A program made the translations under genes and the position numbers. The notes under the pieces are model-generated. The model worked only from the letters and a program-made list of their open reading frames with translations. It was not told the origin of the DNA and searched no databases. A DNA stretch of 63,539 bases, counting the filler, from Thraustochytrium aureum (taxonomy: Eukaryota): NCBI GenBank assembly GCA_012862495.1. It is 5 parts of 5 records of this genome, joined end to end, with 100 filler letters (N's around TTAATTAATTAA, not from the genome) between each part and the next. Parts side by side here need not be neighbours in the genome. Positions count along the whole stretch, not along the records: positions 57,058 to 63,539 come from BLSG01000325.1; 4 more parts are not named here. One strand, written 5' to 3'. Shown piece by piece: positions 57,058 to 63,539 of this stretch. Numbering within the stretch: position 1 is the first letter of the stretch; each line of letters begins with the position of its first letter.

Positions 57058-58111
57058 ATCGCCGCGGGAGCGATCCCGCTTCTGCTCGAGCTGCTGCGGC
57101 ACGAGGCCGACGACGAAAAGTCGAGCGACATCGCCAAAGAGGAGTCGGCGGGCGCGCTGTGGAACTTGGCGGACTCGTTCGCCGCCAAGACCGAGCTGCT
57201 GCGCGGCGACGGGATCGAGGTGATTGTCAAGGCGCTCAAGGACACCAACGAGACCACCGACTTTACCAAGGAAAACCTTGCCGGTGTGGTGTGGAATCTG
57301 AGCTACGACCCGGACTGCCTCGACGAGATCATGAAGCACGACCCGGTCGGCGCCCTCGCGCGTCTAATCACCAAGGGAACCGTCGTGGCGCAGGAGAACG
57401 CCGCCGGCGCGTTCATGCGCATCTCGCTCGCGCGCCAGTTCCGCGACAAGATCAAGAGCTGCCCGGCCGCCGTGCCGGCGCTCGTGCAGCTCCTCGCGTT
57501 CGGCTCCATCCTGAGCCGCGAAAACGCCAGCGGCGCGCTCCACAACATCGCAGTCAACGACAAGGCGACGCAGCGCCTCATCGTCGTCGAGGGCGCCGTG
57601 CCGCCGCTCGTCCGCCTGCTGCAGTCGCAGTTCCCGGTCACCGCGCGGTCGCGCGCCGCGCTCTGCTTGCGAACGCTGGCGCAAAACCAGGACAACAAGC
57701 AGGAGATCTCGCAGGCGGGCAGCGTCGAGCAGCTCGTCGGCGCGCTCAAGGAGACGGACGCGCTGCTGCAGATCCACATCGTCGAGGCGCTCTGGGGGTC
57801 TGGCCCACGAGGACGAGCAGAACAAGGTCTTTATCGCGCAGTCAGGGGCCATCCCGAAGCTGGTGTCGGTTCTGCGTAACGGCACCACGCAGGAGGCGCG
57901 TGTGCGCGCGGCCGGCGCGCTCGGGACGCTGGCCGAGAACAAGACCAACTCGAACGCAATCGTGCGCTCTGGCGCGCTCGAGACGCTCGTCGAGATGGTC
58001 AAGACGGGCGACCGCGAGTCGCGCCGCGAGGCTGCTACTGCGCTAAACAACCTTTCGCTCGGCACTGACGTGGTGCAGAAAAAGCTGATGAAGTCGCTGC
58101 AGGGCGGCGCC
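57058..58111 (+). CDS. Armadillo-repeat protein (Vac8/U-box ARM-like), partial; frameshift near 57800
   Basis: Repeated GAIPLLLELL...AGALWNLA, GAVPPLVRLL, GAIPKLVSVL...AAGALGTLA, AATALNNLS. Confidence 0.88.
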
Positions 58112-58458
58112 NNNNNNNNNNNNNNNNNNNNNNNNNNNNNNNNNNNNNNNNNNNNNNNNNNNNNNNNNNNNNNNNNNNNNNNNNNNNNNNNNNNNNNNNN
58201 NNNNNNNNNNNNNNNNNNNNNNNNNNNNNNNNNNNNNNNNNNNNNNNNNNNNNNNNNNNNNNNNNNNNNNNNNNNNNNNNNNNNNNNNNNNNNNNNNNNN
58301 NNNNNNNNNNNNNNNNNNNNNNNNNNNNNNNNNNNNNNNNNNNNNNNNNNNNNNNNNNNNNNNNNNNCGGCCAGGGCCGAACGCCGGGCCGAGTGGGCCA
58401 GGCCGGCGTCCTCGAGCACCGCCGGCCCAGCCAGGCTCGCGGGCCTGGCAGCGAGTTT

Positions 58459-58469
58459 CATTCACCATC

Positions 58470-58501
<32 letters not shown>

Positions 58502-58511
58502 CATCATCATC
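58459..58511 (+). repeat. (CAT)n microsatellite
   Basis: About 16 CAT/CAC units upstream of HCCS. Confidence 0.92.
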
Positions 58512-58725
58512 GTGTCCTCCGTGCATGTCCGTCGACCTGGCAGTGCCTCGAGCGCCAGCCAACCACGCAAGTGCCGTCCTCGCGAGCCACCAACGCGCTC
58601 GGCGACCCGCTTGGCGGCCTGCAGGACGAGGCAGCAGCAGTGCGGCGGCAGAGGGCCTGCGCGGTCCGCGGCTTGGCCGCCGTGTCTCGGTCGCGGCGGC
58701 GACCGCGGGTTTGGAGTGGGCCGGG

Positions 58726-59590
58726 ATGGACCCCGAGACGCGCAATGTGGAGCGCCCCGGCGGCTGCCCTGTCGCGCACGACGCGGCCGACAAGAAGGAT
58801 GCGCAACCCAAGTGCCCCGTGAGCGCGGGCTCGGCGGAAAGCGCGTTCCTGGCGCAGGCTGGGGTCGACCCGGAGAGCGCCAAGATGGACGCGTCCGCGA
58901 CGATTGATCCGCGGAACAATATGCCCAAGGTCGCGGAGCAGAAGATGTGGCCTGGGCAGCGGTACGCGCTGTCCACGAACCGCGTGGAGAGCGTCATCCC
59001 CAAGGCGGAGTTTACACCAGAGCACCAGAAGAATGCGCGCGAGAGCTCGAGCTGGATGTATCCGAGCGAGCAGCAGTTTTACAACGCCATGAAGCGCAAG
59101 GGCTGGCAGCCGCGCGAGGAGGACATGACCGTCGTGCTGGCCATCCACAATCACGTCAACGACAAGGCGTGGAGCGAGGTCCTCAAGTGGGAGCAGATGC
59201 ACGCCTGCGAGTGCGACTCGCCGCGTCTCCTGCGCTTCATGGGCAAGCCCAAGGAGCTGAGCCCCAAAGCGACGATGCGGAGCTGGGTAGGCTACGCGCT
59301 GCCGTTTGACCGCCACGACTGGATCGTCGACCGTTGCGGCAAGGAGGTGCGCTACATTATCGACTTTTACCAAGGCACGCCCCCTGCGGGCGGCTCCCCT
59401 CAGGCGGTCTCGATGTATTTGGACGCGCGGCCGGCGCTCGACTCCTGGGGGCGCCGTCGTGGACCGCGCACGGATGCAAGTGCACGAGGCCATGGCGTTG
59501 CTGCCTTTCGGGTTTGGCTCCAAGGCGCGAGATGCACCAAAGACGGCGGTCGCCGACTCCGAGCCGCCAGGGGCCTCCCGCACGGCATAG
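58726..59590 (+). CDS. HCCS: Holocytochrome c synthase (cytochrome c/c1 heme lyase); frameshift near 59448
   Basis: Two CPV heme-regulatory motifs; WMYPSEQQFYNAMKRKGW; IHNHVNDKAWSEVLKWE; PFDRHDWIVDRCGKEVRYIIDFY; LDARPALDS; continues as AVVDRARM in another frame. Confidence 0.92.
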
Positions 59591-59853
59591 CGAGCCCAGC
59601 CCGTCCTGGCACGGTCAATTTTGTGGGCGCAACAAGTCGGTGAGAGGTAAGGTGGGTACCTACCTGTAGACATTACTTGACAAATGGCGGTTGTTTTTAA
59701 AACGATCTCTCTTGCGCTTGGCGGGGCTTGCCGAGCTCAGCGGGAGGCCCCCTTCAACCAAGCATCTCTGCACCCCTCTGCTCGCTAGCTCTAGAGAGTG
59801 GCTGGAAGCGCGCCCTGCAGGCGCTCGCCCGCCGACAGCGCCAACACGCAGGC

Positions 59854-60816
59854 TCAGCTATTCTGCGTCGAGAGCGAGGCCTTGCGGACCGAGGCTAGGT
59901 CATCCACCATCGAGATAGGCGCAGAGTCTGCTTGGTTGCTCACGTGCAGGTCGGCCAGGTGGTGGTTAAAGTCACGGTGCATGCACTCGTCCGCGCGGAC
60001 CTGCAAAATCACGTCCCGGAGCATGGCCTCGTCCGGGAGGCGGTAGTACGACTTTGCGATAGACATGGCCGGCACGTTGGGGATCGCGCCAGAGTCCACC
60101 GCGTTCAGGTAGTCCGTGTACGCCCTGTGCGCGGCCTCCTCCAGGTAGCCCACGGAGCGATGGGCCGTTTTGGGCGACATTGCATAGAGCGTGCCGTACG
60201 CAACGACGTACGTGGCCTGCGCAACGGCGACAAAGGTACGCTCGAGCGCGGTGGGCTGGGTATGCTGCATCCAGATTAGCAGGTGCATGCGCTCGTTCTC
60301 GGCCTCCTCCTGCAGAGGATTGATCCACCCGTGGTCGCGCTTCATCCGGCGCAGCGAGCGCAGGTGCCTGAACGCCGCGGCCACGATGCCGGGCACTGCG
60401 GCAACCGTCTCTAGGCACACAGCGTGGTGTTGGTACTTTTCGCGGAAGAAGAGGTGCATCATTCCCTCGAGGACCTTGACGATCTGCAGCGCCACCTTGT
60501 CGCGCACCGTTTTCGGCGCGTAGTGGAACGGCTCGCCGATCTTCTCCAGGTCCTTGGACCCGAGCGAAGGCGGGAAGGACTGCTCGGTGTTTGCGAGCGC
60601 CCTGTGCCTGGCGTAGGCCTTGGCAATGAGGTCCTCCGCCTCCGCCGTCACCCAGGCGTACCGCCGTCCATCATGCGGCGCGGTGCTCAGCGTCCGGCGC
60701 CCGGCCCACGTTGGCGCGACGGCCGTCCTCGCCACGGTGTTCCCCGCCGCCGCGGTCCTCGCCACGCGCGACAGCAAGTGGCCGCTCGGCCGTGCGAGGT
60801 TTCTTGTCAGCATCAT
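59854..60816 (-). CDS. AOX: Mitochondrial alternative oxidase
   Basis: Presequence; LETVAAVPG; HLRSLRRMKRDHGWI; EEAENERMHL; GYLEEAA...Y; RADECMHRDFNH. Confidence 0.93.
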   Translation of the reverse strand: MMLTRNLARPSGHLLSRVARTAAAGNTVARTAVAPTWAGRRTLSTAPHDGRRYAWVTAEAEDLIAKAYARHRALANTEQSFPPSLGSKDLEKIGEPFHYAPKTVRDKVALQIVKVLEGMMHLFFREKYQHHAVCLETVAAVPGIVAAAFRHLRSLRRMKRDHGWINPLQEEAENERMHLLIWMQHTQPTALERTFVAVAQATYVVAYGTLYAMSPKTAHRSVGYLEEAAHRAYTDYLNAVDSGAIPNVPAMSIAKSYYRLPDEAMLRDVILQVRADECMHRDFNHHLADLHVSNQADSAPISMVDDLASVRKASLSTQNS

Positions 60817-61878
60817 TTCCCCCTGGTCTTGGTACGCCCTCGAGTAGAGTGGTGTCTGCTTGCGCGTCGAGCTGGTCAACCGTGGTACTCTACTGATACT
60901 TGATCTGCTCGCGTCACGTGGTCGGTCTACAGATCAGCCAGTCTGTCGCGTTGTTCCATTCGGACTTTCTTCGATTGGGGTCTGCTTGATGGCGTGCCAG
61001 GGCTTGGCAAGGGCGAGCGCAACGAAACGCTTGCCGATGGCGCACAGCTAATCGCCGTGGTATCGAAGCCGAGCAACGAAACGGCAACTCTCGCCGCGCC
61101 CCACAGTCCCGCCGACGAGGCAGTTACTCAGGTACCNNNNNNNNNNNNNNNNNNNNNNNNNNNNNNNNNNNNNNNNNNNNNNNNNNNNNNNNNNNNNNNN
61201 NNNNNNNNNNNNNNNNNNNNNNNNNNNNNNNNNNNNNNNNNNNNNNNNNNNNNNNNNNNNNNNNNNNNNNNNNNNNNNNNNNNNNNNNNNNNNNNNNNNN
61301 NNNNNNNNNNNNNNNNNNNNNNNNNNNNNNNNNNNNNNNNNNNNNNNNNNNNNNNNNNNNNNNNNNNNNNNNNNNNNNNNNNNNNNNNNNNNNNNNNNNN
61401 NNNNNNNNNNNNNNNNNNNNNNNNNNNNNNNNNNNNNNNNNNNNNNNNNNNNNNNNNNNNNNNNNNNNNNNNNNNNNNNNNNNNNNNNNNNNNNNNNNNN
61501 NNNNNNNNNNNNNNNNNNNNNNNNNNNNNNNNNNNNNNNNNNNNNNNNNNNNNNNNNNNNNNNNNNNNNNNNNNNNNNNNNNNNNNNNNNNNNNNNNNNN
61601 NNNNNNNNNNNNNNNNNNNNNNNNNNNNNNNNNNNNNNNNNNNNNNNNNNNNNNNNNNNNNNNNNNNNNNNNNNNNNNNNNNNNNNNNNNNNNNNNNNNN
61701 NNNNNNNNNNNNNNNNNNNNNNNNNNNNNNNNNNNNNNNNNNNNNNNNNNNNNNNNNNNNNNNNNNNNNNNNNNNNNNNNNNNNNNNNNNNNNNNNNNNN
61801 NNNNNNNNNNNNNNNNNNNNNNNNNNNNNNNNNNNNNNNNNNNNNNNNNNNNNNNNNNNNNNNNNNNNNNNNNNNNNN

Positions 61879-62676
61879 CGCCGTCTTGGGCGTTACGTCG
61901 GCCAGCACAATCAAGTTAAACATGGCCAGGAAGGCCGCCCCGGCAAGCACGCCGCGCAAAAGCGCAACGTCTTCGGACGACGAGCTCCACTTCGCGTAGA
62001 ACGAGTAAACCTCGACAGGGAACTTGTAGAAACGCGCGAACACAAACATGGCATAGGTGCCAACTTGCAGGATGACCGCCTGCCCAAACTGCGTGTCAAA
62101 GTTGCGCGAGTGAATCAGAGCAGCGGACAGCAGGTTCACCCCACCGGCAAGCAAAAGCCAGCCCCCGATCGCCTGCATGTGTGGGCATTCGTGCAGCCCG
62201 TTGGTCACGACAGAGATGGAGAGCAAGATGCCCGGCAAGTGGTGAAGCGCCATGCCGATCTGCGCGTCCAGTTTGACAAAGTCCGTGTACGGGTACACCT
62301 TGAGCACCATTGCGAGGAGGTCAAAGACCTCGTAGCCCACCTCGATCGTGCAAGCGTGCCTCCAAAGCCTGGCATCGCCGCTGAGCATCAGCGACCCACC
62401 GAACATGTGGTGTACGCCGCCGGTGAGAAGCAAGAGCATGTCGTCCTGCGCGTTGGCGCAAAACACGCCGGATCGCTTCGCCGCGTTGACAAAGAACGGC
62501 CGCCCCGTGAATATTCCACGCAAGACTTTGGGGAAGATCGTGGACCACACTGCATAGACGACAGCCCAGACGCCAATTTCCGCGAAGAGCGACTGCTGCT
62601 CGTCGCTCAGAAACCCGTCGAGCGCGGGGATTCGCAACGCTTCCAGCTCGGCGAGCATAGCATCCAAACGCGCCAT
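61879..62676 (-). CDS. Multi-pass membrane protein, TLC-domain-like; 3' end in gap
   Basis: Several TM helices with GYEVFD, LHH and FVFARF, which is the TLC-like pattern. Confidence 0.6.
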
Positions 62677-63539
62677 GGCTGCAACCTGGCCGCAGTTGCC
62701 TGCCTGCTTGCTTGCCGCGCACTCCGCTCGTCGACCAGCTCCCGCAAGCCTTGTCGGTTTCCTTCCGTGCCGCGTAGGCTCGAGTCGCTCGCCCTCGCGC
62801 TTTCCAAACAACCCCAACACGGGTCTGCCCGGCTGCTGACTGAGCTCTTGCGCGTCCGTTGCAGGTCTGCTAGCGCTGCCAAGTCAGCGAGCAGCTCGCT
62901 CCGGCTCCTGTCTGCCAGTGTCATGATTGCTCCTGATACATCAGTTGGTTTCAGTGGCTCCTGATGAGTCCTGTCGCCAATCGCGAGTCGGTCGTCCAGT
63001 ACAGCAGGCGCCTCTCCGTCGTCCTTGCTTCTGCCAGCCTGAAATGCTCAAAGCCGACTCAACGCTCGCGGTGTCTTGAGCGAACTTGAAGTCCATTGGC
63101 GCACACACCCCTCAACGTCGCGGCAAGAGACGGGCAGGCATCCTTGGGCTGTGGCACTGGTTGGCCCGAAAGAGCACGCCAAACAATCTGCTTTCTTGAC
63201 GGACTGCTTTGGTTGTTTCCAGGTGCAACCAAACCAGCTGAGCAACCACGCCTCATGCGGAGGAGGAGGAGGAGGGGAGTCGACAAAGGTCGCGCGTGCC
63301 GCAGCGAGACGCCTCGCCCCGTTGGTGCTGCCAAGGAGGATCCTCCTTGGGGCTGCTTGGTCTGCCAGTGCCTCGTCGCACCGCTCAACTTTTGGTCTTT
63401 ACCTACCGAGCAAAGCAAACAGCACTGGGCCTCCCTCCCCAGCCCAGCGTGCCGCAGCAGACGTCCCGTCGGCGCTGCCCAAACAAATACGGCCCGGCAG
63501 CGCCACTTCGCTCAACTTTTGGCGGCCAAGCCGTTCGTC

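Noticed and set aside
58459..58511. Poly-His/poly-Met/poly-Asp ORFs
   Set aside because: These are translations of an intergenic (CAT)n microsatellite.

Overview
GC-rich, intron-poor eukaryotic draft sequence. It looks like a stramenopile, probably a thraustochytrid/labyrinthulomycete; this is an inference from gene content and style, not a database result. The window has many N gaps and four artificial TTAATTAATTAA join linkers (17823, 31880, 55635, 57002), so it is five concatenated pieces and synteny across the linkers is unproven. I can support about 24 protein-coding genes. Housekeeping and metabolic genes: TMLH, two SDRs, a GS-like ligase, PI4K type II, DPY30, RIIAD1, an SLC25A42-like carrier, HCCS, AOX, an ARM-repeat protein and a TLC-like membrane protein. 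The most unusual content is G-protein signalling machinery. (i) Two giant class C (GABA-B-like) 7TM receptors lack the Venus flytrap and carry a LamG + cadherin/Ig-like + FBXL4/pappalysin-type discoidin ectodomain. One of them (1-4203, minus strand) is absent from the ORF track. Their 7TM parts appear to belong to different sub-types, which suggests ectodomain swapping. (ii) A calcineurin-B/NCS-like EF-hand protein has a whole RGS domain inserted before its last EF-hand-like segment, and sits next to one of these receptors. (iii) There is also a conventional Venus-flytrap class C receptor, a GPR180-like protein, and a two-TM-cluster cyclase with swapped C1/C2 catalytic roles. Many genes carry single-base frameshifts that are most likely sequencing errors. 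All domain calls come from motif recognition by eye; no searches were run.
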